Origin: Fimicolochytrium jonesii
Lineage: Eukaryota
DNA: 64,000 nucleotides
NCBI RefSeq assembly: GCF_025526975.1
Contig: NW_026515675.1
Location: forward strand, 682,001 to 746,000
Direction: 5' to 3'
The stretch's first letter is position 1. Each line of letters starts with the position of its first letter. The translations under genes and the position numbers were made by a program. This document shows positions 11,031-25,536 of the stretch, piece after piece. Under the pieces are notes generated by a model, which ran no database searches, was not told the DNA's origin, and saw nothing but the letters and a program-made list of their open reading frames with translations.

Positions 11031-14000
11031 ATGTTCGAATTCGCAAAGTCCGCTATATCAGGAGCGCTCACGTCGAAAGGGCCGGCTCTCCCCTTTTCAG
11101 TCGGGGAGCCCGTTCACTTTGCCCCGCTGTGGACAATTCATGACGGTGTCAAGAAGGTACTCCCTGCAGCGCTCTGCGATTGGTGTCAGTTGCGTTTGAC
11201 TCAGGCCATGGTCTGTCGCCCAGGATGACCGCTCGCCCGTCAGTGTGTTCGTCTTCGACATTCAGAGGAACAGGGATAAACTGCCGCTAGCGAGGAACGC
11301 GCTGAAGAAGTGCCGGACGATACGGCATCCCGACCTATTGAAAGTGTACGAGGGGGTGGAGGTACAAATATTCGTGCAACTGCTATCAGCAGTCGAAACT
11401 CCGCTCACGGTGTGGAGCTTTCCGCAGACAGAAACGAAGATCATCATAGGGACGGAGCACGTCACACCTCTGAATGTGCACAATCCGCTGAGATCGCTGA
11501 ATCCCAATCTGATTGCTTGGGGACTATATAAAGTGGCCGTATGTTGTCGCGTCATCCTTCTGCAACAGTGTGAACGATCTTCTGGTCTTGGCTCTGACGG
11601 CTTCGAATGCAGTGGGCATTGAAGTTCCTGAACGGCGACTGCAAAATGATCCATGGCAACTTGCGCGTGGACTCGATATTCACGACGAAAGCGGGAGAAT
11701 GGAAGTACGTGCTCAAACGATTGGACGCGCGGGAAGGTGTTGGGGCAATCGCTGACCAACTGGACATTTGTTAGGGTCGGAGGTCTAGATCTGCTGAGCA
11801 ACCTGGAGAAGGAGGACAATCCCGTCCTTCTATCGTACGGCGGCCATATGCCAGATTCGCATCGTTACGCGCCTCCCGAAGTGAGGCGGTCTTCGTGGTC
11901 CGCTTGCAGAACGTGAGGGAGCGCGCCATGTCGGAAATGGGTTGTTTGACGCGATCTGATCAGAGATTTTGCAGGCTTCCGCCACATGCAGTCGATTCAT
12001 GGGCATTCGGATGTCTGGTGCATGAGATCTTCAATGGTGTCTTCTCGCGACCGGAGGATCTGGGGGCAAAAGAGAACATCCCATCGGTATGGGCGGAGGG
12101 AGTCTTTGGGTAATTGGCGTCACTCGCAGGCGGGGTCTTTGGATCTGACCGCGGACACTCGCTATGCAGGAACTGTACCCGCTCTTCAAATCTTTCCTGT
12201 CGCCTGACCCAACGGCTCGAATGACGATGGCCGACTTCCTGGAGAAGGGGTTATGGAAACAGGGATATCTTGACAAGGATTTCATATCCGTGACGCTTTT
12301 CCTGGAACAGATTGCGATCAAGGATGCATTTGAGAAAGACCAATTCCTGAAGTAAGGCACAGGGCATGGATTCGGTCCGAACCCGAGATGACCTTGCTCA
12401 CCTCAGCACCCTCACCCCCCCAGGAAGATCGACATGTCCCTCGACACCTTCCCCACCGAATTCTGCAAATACAAGATCCTCCCCGAACTAATCAAAGCCC
12501 TCGAGTTCGGCGGCGCAGGCGCCAAGGCTCTCGGCCCGATCCTCAAACTGGGCGGCAAGCTGGAACAGGAGGAGTTCGACAGTGCGGTGGTCCCTATCAT
12601 TGTCAAGCTGTTTGCGTCGACGGACCGCGCGATCCGTGTTAGTTTGTGTGAGGGGTTGCCGAGCTTTGTGAATAATCTGAATGCGAAGATTGTCACGGAG
12701 AAGATCTTTCCGAACCTTGCTATGGGGTTTATGGATACGAGCGTGAGTAGTCTCCTACATTTGGCCTTGGAGAGTGTGGCCATCGTGTGACCAGTTTGTG
12801 TCTTGAACAGGCCGTAATACGAGAGCAAACCCTGAAGTCGGTCCTCGTTGTCATCCCGAAGGTGAGTTGTCAGTGAGCCTTCCAACATGCCCGGGTAGGT
12901 CCACTAACGTGCAATCCCGTTATGACAGCTAAGCGAAAAAATCATCAACAACGACTTGTTGCGATACCTAGCCAAGCTTCAACAGGACGAGGAGCCGGGT
13001 ATCCGCACGGTACCGTACGCTCGGCTCCAGTATACCCTTTTAGAAAAACGTCAGCTCACCCAAACTCTCCTTGCCAGAACACCACCATCTGTCTAGGAAA
13101 GATCAGCAAAAACCTGAACGAAGCGACCAAGAAGAAAGTCCTAGTCCCGGCGTTCTTGCGGAGTCTTAGCGACCCATTCCCTCCATCACGGACAGCTGGT
13201 CTAGCTGCATTAGCAGGTATGGCTGGGAGTAGTCTCACAGTGGACTCGACTCAGTTTTGCTAAAACACATGTGTACCACAGCAACCATTGAGTCGTATAC
13301 GCCGCAGGATTCTTCGCAGCGCATAATACCTGCGATATCCTTACTCCTGCTCGACCCTGAGCGGTCTGTCCGGAAGCAGGCGTTCAACGATATGGAGTTG
13401 TTTGTGAAGAAGCTTGAGAAGATTGCGGATTCTATGGTATGATTTCACTTCTGCTCTGTATTGAGGTGGGTAACTACGTATATCTCTGACTGACACCTGA
13501 CTCCAGCCAGAAACCGCAACACCAGCAGCAACAGAGGCACCCGGCACCCAACCAGCCGCCGCCGGGTCAGAGGGTTGGGCCGGATGGGCCATGTCCGCAG
13601 TCTCCAGCAAGCTCACGGCCTCCGTCACACCCAGCGGGTCAAATCCCGATCTAAAAGCGGCCAGTGGGACGGGAACACCTCCATCACAAAGTTCAAGACC
13701 GTCGGCTGCCACGCCGGCATTGGTTCCGGAAAGTATTAATAGACCCGCGCCGATGGTCAGCGCCGCTATGGCGCCTCTTGTACCTACCGCGACCGCGACG
13801 CCGGCGTCTAATGGGTGGGATACTGCTACGGATGGGTGGGGTTGGGGTAAGAAACAATCGTTTTCTGGTGCACATACTGCTTCCTTGGAATCTGACATCT
13901 TCGTTTTCGTGTAGGCGCAGATCCGATCCTCCCATCCTCCACACCCCAAAAAGCACCCTCATCCTTCGGCTTCACAGCCGCCCAACCCTTCAGCGCATCT

Positions 14001-14341
14001 CAACCAATCACGAAACCCACCGACAACTGGGCAACATTCCCACCACCATCATCATCTGTCCCAAGCCCAGGCGGGATGGTACTCCAACCCACAAAAGCCT
14101 GGGAAACCGATGGGTGGGGCGCAGATGGGTGGGATATAGATGCACCGGTTGCGGCGCCTGCGATAGCGTCTCCGGCGTTGGGAGGAAAGTTTATGACGGA
14201 GGAGGAGAAGGAGAGGCGGCGGCAGGTACGTGGGGTTTCATGTTCATGGTTGGAGGTTAATCACTTATACTGATGTTCTTGAAGAAACTGGAAGAACAGC
14301 GCGAGGCGCGCAAATCCAAGTTGGGTGCCCGCAAGATTTGA
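11031..14341 (+). CDS. SCYL1: SCY1-like pseudokinase with HEAT repeats (Cex1/SCYL1)
   Basis: LARNALKKCRTIRHP, IHGNL, GGLDLL (degenerate kinase), YKILPELIKALEFG, DRAIRVSL, DPFPPSRTAG; GW-rich tail ending KLGARKI; TGA at 14339-14341. Confidence 0.9.
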
Positions 14342-14724
14342 GCTTATTTACTTTGGTTGCGTTCACATACCCCATTGCTTCGCCTGATACCACCTGGAGC
14401 GTTCAGAGCCATCATCCTTAATTTATCTCATCCGCTTTTGCTGTCATTTACACTGGTGCTGGGTCATCCAGCGCCGGTATTTACCTTGTTCTATACTCAT
14501 TGCATATTGTGGAATGCTCAGTGGGATCTGCTAGCTCACATTGCCAGTACACCTCCTTTGACGATTTTGACGGGTAACGCGCTGTCAAAAAGCCAAACGC
14601 GACTTGCCCCACATCTCCGCTCCCTCACAGATTTACCCATTCCACGCAGATCACATAGCAAGGCGGACGTCCAGATATCAGTTGACGCCCAGCTGTCCTA
14701 CTGCCCTGAATGCACAACTCCACC

Positions 14725-17632
14725 ATGCCAGCTGCGAGACCTTCCTCAATAAAGACCGGGAAAGGTGAGCCCGTGAACAGATGATTGCTGTTAAGATCTT
14801 ATCCTGACAAAGAAGTCGTTCCTCCTCTACCGCAGAAACACGGTGGGCAGAGAAGCGCACACCTACCAGTAAGCCTGCCTATTGCATATAATATCATTGA
14901 ACCGCTTCAATAAACCCTAACACCCCTGTTCCCCCTCCAGCACTAAGCAACTGCGCCCTCCCCCCCGACCTCCTAAACCTCTACGCCAGCATGTCCACCA
15001 AACCCAGCAAGAAAACCACCCGAACACCTTCAGGACCGAGCGTAGAAAAGGAACAGCTCCTCCACGATCTCCAAACCTCCCGACGCAAAGTGAATGAGTT
15101 GTCGGATGAGCGAAAGACGTTGAAGACGAAAGTGAGGGCGTTGGAGGAGGAGTTGGGGCGGATGGATGCCAGATACGAGGAGATGTTGTCTATCAATGTC
15201 CGTGGGACGAGCGTCGGGGGTTCTGAGTTTTGGTATTGATACTTTTGATTTGTGATAGGTTATCACACGGACTGGGATGTCTGTGGGTGCGGCGGCATCT
15301 CCCACAACCCCCGAGATAGTATATCCCGAAGACAGGGTGAGTTGAACGACTTCTCCCGTATTTACACGCATGGAGACAAACGCTGACGTGGTGGGACATG
15401 TGTAGACCATCCGGAACCTGCGGACCGCTTTAAGGAATCTGGAGAAGCGGAACAAGGAGACTGAGAAGGAGTTGAATGAATTGAAGCAAAGGTACGTCAT
15501 CTTGCCCTGCGAAGGAGATCGAGATGCAAAGTGCTAATCGACAGCCACAGCCTGAGGTACAACCAACTGTTTCGTAAAGAGCAAGAGTGCGTCACACTTT
15601 TTCAGGAGGTAGGAGGCTAAAAATCGGAGCATCCGGCTTGCTATGGCGCTACGTCTCACATGCGGCAGTCCCTACGCCTTCGCCGTGCGCTAGCAGAAGC
15701 AGCAGAGACAGCGGCGCAATCGCTAAAACCGGAACCACCCTCGCCGGAAAGCATAGACGAGTCATTACGGAAAGAGCTGACGGATCTGAGGATGGAACGG
15801 GATGATCTGCGGCGTGAGTGAGTATGTGTTATGGATGCCGGGTGGTGGCATGATTACTTACATACGACGTATGCATGCAGAGACTACAAAGAAAACGAGG
15901 CATGAGGTTGTAGAGTTGCAGCGGCAGCTTGCGGAACTGAAGAGTCGGCCGCTGAGTGGGAATGAAACGGCTCGTTTCAGGGGCGGTCATGCCAAAGATA
16001 GTTCAACCGAGTTGCGCGAGCAGATAAAGAAGCTGACAGATCAACGAAATCTCGTCCAACAAGATCTCAACCAAAATCTGGCCGAACGGACGGCCGAAAA
16101 GCAGTCTGCGCTAGATGAATCCTCAGAGCTCAAACGGCAACTGCTAACGGTGCAGCGGGAGCTGAAAGCGGCAAAGGAGAACTTGGCACATGAGCTCGCT
16201 CAGAAAGAGCAGCCGATCATTGAGCTTGATCGACTGCGTAAAGAACTGAGCGATTCGCAAAAAGCTCTTGGACAGCTCGAAGCGCAGATGAAGCTACGGA
16301 CTGACGAGTCTGAAGGTACGACGTTGGAAGGGTTCCGCGGAAACATGACCAGATCTCAAATACATTCCACCACAGAGATCATCAAGAAACTCGAAGAAGA
16401 CATGCTGTCAGAAGTCGAAGTATACCGCACCCGGTGGGAAGACCAGCTGAAACTGAACGAGCAGCTGCAATCGCGGATAGACATTCTGGAAAACACAAAG
16501 ACCTCTGGCGAACCACCGAAGCTCACGTCTGTCAGCTCTCAGGAGAATCTCAGATGTCCCATGGTATTCGAGAACAGCGGTGAACAACGGTCACAGCGGC
16601 CAAGTACTTCTGTACAGAAAGATTCTCCACAAGGGGAGGGAAATGTCATGAAAGGCAGGCGAACCCACCTTGGCGTTTCCAGCACTCCGGGAACGCGAAA
16701 TGGAAGCGCTCGCTCTTCCGTCAAGTCCCGTTCAGTCTCACCCGTTGTCCCTTCGAATAAACCCAATGATGTTATTGATGACGAAGCACCATTCACCGTC
16801 CATGTCTCCCGACCACCTAGCGCCAAAAGCCTTCGATCCCAATCACCTGCCGACCCCACGCCAACACCCGCTACAGAAGATGTCAAATCAGCAAGAGCAG
16901 CAACAAGCATCCAAGCCGCATGGCGGCACCGCAGGAAACGGAAAGCTGCGGAGAACATGCAGGCCCGGAGGGCACAGAAGGAGGCTGAGGCGGCGATCGC
17001 TATTCAGCGGATAGTTAGGGGTCGAATTGCTCGGAGTGAAGTCAAGCGGAGGAATGAAGCTCAGATGCGGAAGGAGGTGGAGGCGGCGGTCAAGATCCAG
17101 CGTTTGGCGCGCGGCCGCATTGCAAAAAAGTTGGTGGAGCAGGAGAGGAGGCGGCGGGAGAGCGAAGGACAGGATAATTCGAATAGAATTGAAGTAAGGC
17201 CACTTTCAGAAGATTTGCGACACGAAAAAGTGCCGCTCTCCAAAGAGGTACGTCGCTTAGCGACTGGGGGTGTTTCGTTCATGGATGTCCTCTCTGATGG
17301 CTATTCCCGTTCAGGACGCCGCGCGGCGAATACAAGCAGCGACGCGAACATACTTTTATCGAAAGAGGCAGTTGATTGCAGTTATTGACGTCGAACGTCC
17401 CGCAGGACACGCGGGTATGGCGACGCCTAGTGCACTCTCACTTGTCACTCGGGGTTGGTATCGTTCGATTCACACGAATCCCATAGATATAATAGGTACT
17501 TCCACATCGACGCCCGGCGTGACAAGGTCGCCGAGCCTGCGTAGCGTTGCTGAGAGCATAGGAGAGAGCCTTGGAGAGGTGGAAGGATTTCAACCAGATG
17601 ACAACAACGACGGAGAAGATGGCTTTTTTTGA
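14725..17632 (+). CDS. Coiled-coil plus IQ-motif protein, IQCE-like (start may be 14710)
   Basis: N-terminal EKEQLLHDL..KTKVRALEEELGRMDARYEEML resembles the IQCE coiled coil; long coiled coil; four IQ motifs (IQAAWR, IQRIVRG, IQRLARG, IQAATR); the first short exons splice in frame. Confidence 0.65.
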
Positions 17633-17886
17633 TGTGGGCAATGACAATCAGCAGCCGAGCGTGGCTTGCGCTGTGAAGCTTATGTGAGCGGAAAGGGTGT
17701 AGGAAAAATACTGTACGTAGTGGTGATACCGCACACGTCCATTATGCAGCGTCGTTCGATCACCGTTGCGAAGAAGCGGTAAAAAAAAATGAATTGTCAG
17801 TGCGATCGGAGCTTTGAGGACGTCCGCTTTCCCGCTCTTGCGACGACGCGTTTGTCACACATCAATTCAATTAGTTAATTAGTGCT

Positions 17887-17933
17887 GCGCATTGTAAGCG
17901 CATTGTAGGCGCAGAGGAACGCAGAGGAACGCA
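17887..17933. repeat. Adjacent short tandem duplications upstream of ADH
   Basis: (GCGCATTGTAR)x2 followed directly by (GCAGAGGAAC)x2.3. Confidence 0.6.
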
Positions 17934-18023
17934 TGGGCTTAGAAACGCCAGAAGCCCCCGCTGAAGGAAAAAGACGACGGCGATAACGTCGATGACAAAT
18001 GATCCCTTATGCAGCTGGCGTCT

Positions 18024-18030
18024 TATAAAA
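18024..18030 (+). promoter_or_regulatory. Putative TATA box of ADH gene
   Basis: TATAAAA about 95 nt upstream of ATG 18122. Confidence 0.45.
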
Positions 18031-18121
18031 GAAGCGACGGTTCCGAGAAAGTTCTCAAATCCCAACTTCATACAACTTCATTCCCACTTCACTCCGACTT
18101 CCAACACTCGACTTCCTTAAA

Positions 18122-19350
18122 ATGGCCAGCACTACCACTGATTACAAGTTCATGGGATGGGTCGCCAAGGACAAGGAGTCCTTCGGAAACCTCGTCTGGG
18201 AAGAGTATGAGCCCAAGCCGTTCACAGACGACGATGTCGACATCAAGGTATTATTTCATTTCAGGATCCCATATGAAAACCTCGAATGCTAACTGAACAT
18301 GTGTCGCAGATTACGCACTGCGGAATCTGTGGATCGGACCTGCACACCATTCGCTCTGGCTGGGGCCCGACGTTGTACCCTGCAGTGGTGGGTCACGAGA
18401 TCGTTGGAACGGTCGTGAAGGCTGGCACGAATGTGAAAAACGTCTCGGTCGGTGACCGTGTTGGCGTTGGAGCACAGTCCGACTCTTGCCACGACTGCTC
18501 GAGCTGCAAGGCTGGTCAGGAGTCTTATTGCGATAACGGGTTCTTCGGTACCTACAATGCTCTGTACAAAGACAACAGCAAAAGGTAATACTACCCGTCT
18601 TTGCGTTGCACCGAAGCGATCGATTGCCATTCTCAATGTTCCAACCCCTTTGCTTGTGAAAACAGCTACGGCGGTTACGCGGATTACGCCCGCCTCCCTG
18701 CTGCCTTTGCCTTCAAGATCCCCGATGCCATTCCTTCCGAGGTTGCCGCCCCTCTACTTTGCGGCGGCGTAACGGTGTTCTCCCCGCTGAAACAGCTGAA
18801 CGCCGGACCTGGCAAGCGTATCGGAATCATCGGCATCGGCGGTCTCGGGCACCTGGGCTTGCTGTTCGCGAAGGCTATGGGCGCAGAGCCCGTGGCCATC
18901 TCCCACAGCAGCCGTAAGAAGGAGGACGCCGACAAATTGGGCGCGGTGCAGTTCATCTCGACCAAGGATGACAAGGACTTTGCCAAAACGTATCGCCGTA
19001 CCCTCGATGGCATTGTCTGCACCGCCAACAACGCCGACATGCCCCTCTACGACTACATGGAGCTTCTCAAGCCTGGAGGACAGATCATCTTGGTCGGACT
19101 TCCCGAAGAGCCTTTCCCGGCGTTGAACATCTTCCCTCTGGTGCACAACAACACATCAATCAAGGGTTCACTCATTGGGGGCTCGGCGGACATAAAAGAG
19201 ATGTTGGACGTTGCCGCGAAAGCAAACGTGAAGACCTGGGTTGAGACACGTTCAATGGAAGATGCCAACCAAGCGGTTATTGATATGGAGGATGGAAAGG
19301 CGCGATACCGATATGTGTTGGTGAACGAGAAGCATGCCAACAAGTTGTAG
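18122..19350 (+). CDS. Zn-dependent NADP(H) alcohol dehydrogenase (Adh6/cinnamyl-alcohol dehydrogenase family), 3 exons
   Basis: CGICGSDLH, GHEIVG, GDRVGVG..C..C..C..C structural Zn site, APLLCGGVTVFSPL, GIGGLGH, ISHSSRK (NADP-type), RYRYVL. Confidence 0.95.
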
Positions 19351-19840
19351 TGTATATGTAGGAAATAGATGATGAGAGGCTGCGGATGTGCGGAAGGAAG
19401 CCGATTTTCGAGAGTAGAAGTATTTATATTTTTTAGGCAATAAGCTCTTATATGGCTTAGGCGTAAGCAAGTTTCCATGAGCATCCCACATGCCGGTGAC
19501 ATCTGCAATTGATTCTGTTCGATGGGTCGTTTCGTACGTCGACAAGACCGAACGTGGTACGGCTCGGAAGCGCGTCCCTCTGCCGTCTCTGTTAGCGTTT
19601 GTCACAAACGCGTTCGGCTGGCTGGTCATGCCAATTGGAATCTGGACAGGGATTTTTGGCGGCAACTTCGTTTTGTTGGCGTGCGGTCCTGCTAGGGGTC
19701 CTGCACTGCTTTAGCGGACAAGGCTCCCATCTCGAAGCTGGAATTCAGCAAAGCAATCGGCCCAATCCCTCGCCCTTCACACTCACTGCTCATCACTCGC
19801 ATTCCACTGCGTTGGCCTTATGTGAGGGTGAGCCGCCGCG

Positions 19841-22800
19841 ATGTTCATCAAACCTCTAGACGTTGCCTCTCTCCCCGCCGCAACCTACCAAGACAAAGCC
19901 GGGAACGATCACTTCGCCCTCCAGTCCCGAAAGCAGAATGCCGTGCGCTCGCTTTTCAGCGGGATAGCTTCCCTGTCGCTGTCAAACTCGCCAGACGCGG
20001 CGTACAGGCGATCGCTCATGGAATACGAGTTCCGGATCATCTTGAAGTGTCCTAGTCGGAAGACGGAGTATGTGGTGGCTGTCGACGAGACGTTTGAGAA
20101 GATACATACGGACTGGAACTGGGTGGAGCAGAATCTGTTCATGAAAGTGCGTGGGAAAGCATCTTCATTTGTGTACGTTATGGGGAGACGACTGGATTCG
20201 GCGACTGACCGCGAGTTCTGAACTTTCAGTTGACGGAACTGGAAGCATCAAAAGCTCCACCCACGCGTGATCAGCTAGATGCGCTGCTGGTCAGGCAGTT
20301 CGATGAGCTGACGGACGAAGTGATAGGTGGGTTGGGTGTGCAATCGCAAAGCATGACACTCCAAGTGCATCGGAACGCTTTGACGCATGCCGATGTGAAT
20401 TGTAGATCCACGGGCAGTTGAGGTCCAAGCCAAGCTGTTCCAAGTCAGAAAAGATCTGCTACCGAGTTTCCCAGTCCTCGCCGATGATGTCCTGCTCAAC
20501 CGTAAGTCACAACTTGAGGAAGATGTTTCCCGTCGCATATGTCCTACTGACAACGTCGCGCAGTATACGCTTGCACGTATTGGATCACTGAAAACACATC
20601 GGCACGCGGGCAGCTATGCATCAGCAGAAACTACGCATTTTTCCAGGGCGTTGACTCGAACATTCCCACAGAAGCACAGGCAAAAGCACCGAAAGTCAAT
20701 CTCCTCGTAGCGTTTCGGGACATGATATCCATCGACATGGTCAACTCCACGCGTGTGTTGATGCCAGACAGCATCCAAATAGGGACCAAGCAGAAAAACG
20801 TAAGTCGCCGACCGTGTCTACCACATCTCGTTTCCTTTCAGGCGCATTCGATGTACCCATGTCCTTATTCTCTTTCTCTATCCATATCCGCTTCTAAGTA
20901 CGTGTTCTCCCTATACTTCCACAGGAAAGAGGTATATCGGGCACTCTGTGTACTCGCCAACGCTGCAATGAACCGGCTTATCAAGGGAGCCGAGAACTCG
21001 ATGTCTGCACTGGCAGATATGTTTGGGAAAGGGAATGTGTCCGGGGACCTGTCTGCCAACGTTGGAAATAGGGGCGCCGGGATATTGACGATGGGAAGGT
21101 CGAGGGACGAGTTTTCGTTCTTCTCGGGCAAATCGGCCAGTCTTATGAGTGAGGGATTGGACGAAACGGATTTCACGGAGCAGCGGATCGACCGGTCGGC
21201 TGCTAGGGATTCACCTGCAGTCAATCAGCCGGATGTGGCGGATGCGGAAAAGGAGGACGCGCTGTCATATGCGGAACTGCAAGCAGCACAATTGGCTGAT
21301 GAGCAGCATCAAACGGCACTACGATATGCACACATGACTGCAGCCACGATCAGAACGATAGATGAGCTGGATCGGCAACTCAGGAACCTCGAGTTCCGTC
21401 AGTTGTTCCGCTTGCCATTGTCTGAAACCGTCTTGCTGGAAGAAACTTCGTGCAATTACCACCACAAAGCCTTGTCCGCAAACGTTACTGGAAAGCTCTT
21501 CCTATCCCGAAACTTCTTCAACTTCGTTGCCCTGGCGCCACTGCCGTCACAACCGAATGCAGCAGCCCTGTCAATGCTCTTCGACTCGCCCCAGGACCCA
21601 ACCTTGTTCCTTATCGTTCCATATCCCCACATCGTCTCCGTCAAGAAGCTACCACCCACAGCCCTTCCTTCATCCGGGAAGATCACGTCATTTTCGCTCT
21701 CAGGCTGGCTGGTGCTGACGACGAAAAGCAAGCAGGAAATGTGGATGTCATTCTCGAATCTGAAAAGCCGAGATCGTGTCAGCGACATCCTCCTGCAAAA
21801 GATGAAGCAGGTCGATTTCCATTTCGATGCTGATTTCATCATTGGCGAACGGAATGGCGTCTCCAGTAAACCCGCTGCCGTAGGGCCTGCGACGCCCGCT
21901 TCGTCCAGTCCCACAACACCGAGTCCGATGGCTGCTATGTTTGCCGCTAGTCCTGGGTCAAGTGGGCATCTCGATGAATACTTCCAGAAAGTGCAAGGAG
22001 ATCCCCTGACAGGAGGCAGTGTCAGCGGTATCAAGATCTTGAAGGTCGGGCTCAAAGCCATTTTTGACGACAGCGAGAGCGAGGGATCCTACCCACAGGG
22101 CATCAGACCCCGAGGCGGCAGTAAAGACTTCGAGAATGAGCTGCTCAGGAAAGCGTTAGTCGGCGCAGCGACCCTGGAGATCCGCGACCAACGGCTGCAA
22201 GCTGAGGCTGCGGCTGTAGCAGAATGGAACGGGTATTTTGAGACGAATGGGAAGGACGTATGCATGATTAAGGATATGAAGGCTTTGAGGGAGCTGATAA
22301 TTAGGACGGGTGGGATTCCGTACCAGTTTCGGGGTGACATGTGGTATGTTAGCTACAGCTCTGGTCGAGTACATGCGTTTTACTGACTATACAGCGTCTT
22401 GTCAGGATGGTATGCGCTGGCGCATGGTTTTCCCGCCCGGACCATGATTATTACGAAAAACTTGTGCGGGATCACGCAGAGGAGACCAGTGTCTTTGCAG
22501 AGGAGATTGAGAAAGATGTCAGAAGGTACGCTTGCACCACAAAGGTTTTCATCGAGAACAGCTCTTCACGATGAGTTTGTCTTTGTAGGAGTTTACCAGA
22601 ACACCCCGCGTATCAATCCCCAATAGGCATTGATGGTCTGCGCCGAGTGCTTACCGCCTATTCTTGGCGTAATCCAGCGATTGGCTACGCTCAAGCGCTA
22701 AATATCATGTCGGCCGTTCTTCTTCTCCACTTACAGGAGGAAGATGCGTTTTGGCTTCTTTGTAAGTGAACAAAACTTCGCTTTCCGCATTCATAAGTCT

Positions 22801-25204
22801 CCTTATGCTATTCACAGGCATCATCGTCGAACGCATTCTACCTGACCACTACACCAAAACCCTCGTCGGCTCCGTCGTCGATCAAAACGTGTTCTCAAAA
22901 CTGGTCGAGCTGCACATGCCAGCACTATGGGCCCACCTCTCCAAACTCTACATGGATCTCTCCACCGTCTCTGTCCCCTGGTTCATGTGTTTGTTTCTCA
23001 ACACGGTTCCATTACGGCTCGGCGTCAAATTCCTGGACGCTTTCTTTGTCGATGGACCGAAGTTCCTGTTCTGGGTGGCGTTGGCTATTCTGAAAGTCAA
23101 CGAGCCGCAGCTGATATCCCAAGGACGTGATGATGACGTGTTTATGAGGATTTTGAAGAACTTTTTCCAGAGGCTGGGGTTGACGGAAAGCGAGGAAGCG
23201 ACGAAGGTGGAGGACGAAGAAGCAGTGTCGCCTACAAAGGACGGTAAAATCGGTAGGAATAGCTCGGATAACCTCGCGCGACGTTTCTTACCGTCCAATA
23301 CGGGTGAGCAGGTGGTTGACCCGTCGACATTATCCGGTCGAGCACTGTTCGAGCACCTGTTGTCTGTGGCGTATGGGACATTCTCGATTATTGTCACCAC
23401 CGAGGTTCTCGACGGCCTACGGATGCGGCAGCGGTTGACAGTGGTGCATCAGCAAGAAGACACGAGCCGTAAATCGCAGATCCGAACGCTGTGTGAGCAA
23501 GTGTCTCTCACGTTTGATGAGGTCGGCGTGGTGTACGACGAAGTCCGGAAGTATGAGTTTGCGCGTGAGGAGATTGCCGAGGATCCGCGAGGCCCAACGG
23601 CGCAGCGGAGGGCTGAGGAAGAAGAGGAAGAAGAGCAAATGCGGGCGGTGCTGATATCGCAGGGCGGGTGGGGTATGTCTGGCGCGCGAAGTTCCGGGCA
23701 CAATCCTGGTACTGCAAAAAAGAAAACGCGCACACGCACGCAAAAGCAGCAGGAAGTCGGACAGAAGACTGTGGCGCTCAGCGATTTCCGCAAAGTATTT
23801 GGGGTCGTGAGCCCGTGGCGGAGTGCGCAGAGTGGGTCGGGGGTCATGGGAAGCGGGAAAGTGAACGGATCGCAGCGGGATCTGTCCCGGCCTCTACAAC
23901 GGCGACCGAGCGCCACGGCGTTCGCAAAGCCGAGTGGTGGGTTTGGAAGCACGCAGTCGCTGAATTCGTCGTTTGGAAGCAATAGCAGTTTGCGGAATAG
24001 CGTGTCGACGGTGACGGCAACGGAGGATCTGCATGTCGGATTGACGGATCGAATCTACTTCTATTGCTCGCTTCATTACAATTTCTTGCATACCGCTAAG
24101 CAACATCGTGCGGCGGATCAGAGCTCACCGTTGGCCCCTGCTCAATGGCTGCAGGGAGGCGACGCGGACAAGGATGCCGGAAAGGCCGCCGAGACTCCGG
24201 ACAGAACCTCGTACATCGTCGATCTTGCAACGATGGTCCACATCTTGGACATCACCATGAAACAACCCTTACATTCGCGGTTGCGTTTTTTGTTTGATAT
24301 CCATGATCTGGACGGGGATGGGTTCTTGAGCAAAGACGAATTGAAAGCTGTCATGGACAGTTTGCTGGAGATGTTTGAGCGCGTGCGGAGGGAAGGCAGC
24401 ATGCCCAGCCCGGATGCCTCTAGCCCGGGCACAGTTGGCAGTCCATCGTCGGTGGATACGAGCGAGAAATCGCGCGAGAATGAAGAGATTTACCTGGGCG
24501 CCGTCAGCTCTTTCCTGAACACCGCCTTGAAACTCGGCAACAGTAAGACGAGTGAGGGAGGGCAGCCATTGCTGAGTAGTGGCGCGGGCCAGTCTCTTCG
24601 CCGATCGCAGAGCTCAGAGATGTTTAGAGGCAGTTCGACTAGTTCGACTGCTGGTGGCTCGTCAACGAGCAGACCCAACAAACCGGCTGGCAGTCATTCG
24701 ACCTCTAGTCATCATCGACACCTTCAACAGCACTATGTACCAAAACTCGGTGCCACGCTGGGCGAAGAGGAATCGGAAGGGGAATTGGGGACAGGGCTGC
24801 GGATCCTCACATCAGATGGTGGTGGACGACGGAAGCCCGACGGGTCAGAATCCCCAGGTGCGATCCGAAGTGGACGGTCGTCCACGTGGCAAAGCGGGCA
24901 CCGACGGAAAAGATCGTCCTCGTTTTCGACTCCGATAGAGCCCGTCTCTGCGAGCCCTCTGGGAGGAGGCCTGGACGGGGAGACGGGCGGGAGTGGGCCG
25001 AATCTGACAGCCGGCGGTGATGCGGCGGTGACGGACACAAGCCAGCCCTTCCGGCTCTCGTTCAACGAGTTCTTGTTGGCGGTGCTTTCGCAGAGCGTCT
25101 TTGTGCAGTATTTCGAGAGGATATGGACCTTGTCGAGACTTGCGGCGACGGATACGGGGCCTGGGAAGGTGGCTATGGAGTGGAGGGAGGTTGCCAAGAA
25201 GTAG
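19841..25204 (+). CDS. Rab GTPase-activating protein with GRAM, TBC and EF-hand domains (Gyp2/Mdr1, TBC1D8/9-like)
   Basis: GRAM ([17 protein letters not shown]); TBC with [15 protein letters not shown] (Arg finger) and GYAQALN (Gln finger); [16 protein letters not shown]-hand [13 protein letters not shown]. Confidence 0.92.
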
Positions 25205-25536
25205 AGGAGAATCTCGTATCATGGTTTGCTCCTTTTGTATTTGTATATATTTGATGGCACCAGCGTCTTGTTTGACCACATCTTTGCCCTCGCTTGTGCT
25301 TTGACAGCGTGCGGTGCTGAACGACTTGTCACGTGAGACACGGCGCGTGAGGCAACAGCAAAAGAGAGTGATGACGAAGGGAAACTCGTTTCCCGTCCGG
25401 CCCCCTGCTGCTGCCCGTTTTTCTGCCTTCCCGCTCCGCATCACACCTATAACTATACCTACGTAGTAACATACTCTGGGTCACACTCAGTAAGCTGTTA
25501 GCGCAGAGGTACATATCGCCTATCCTCGCAACTACA

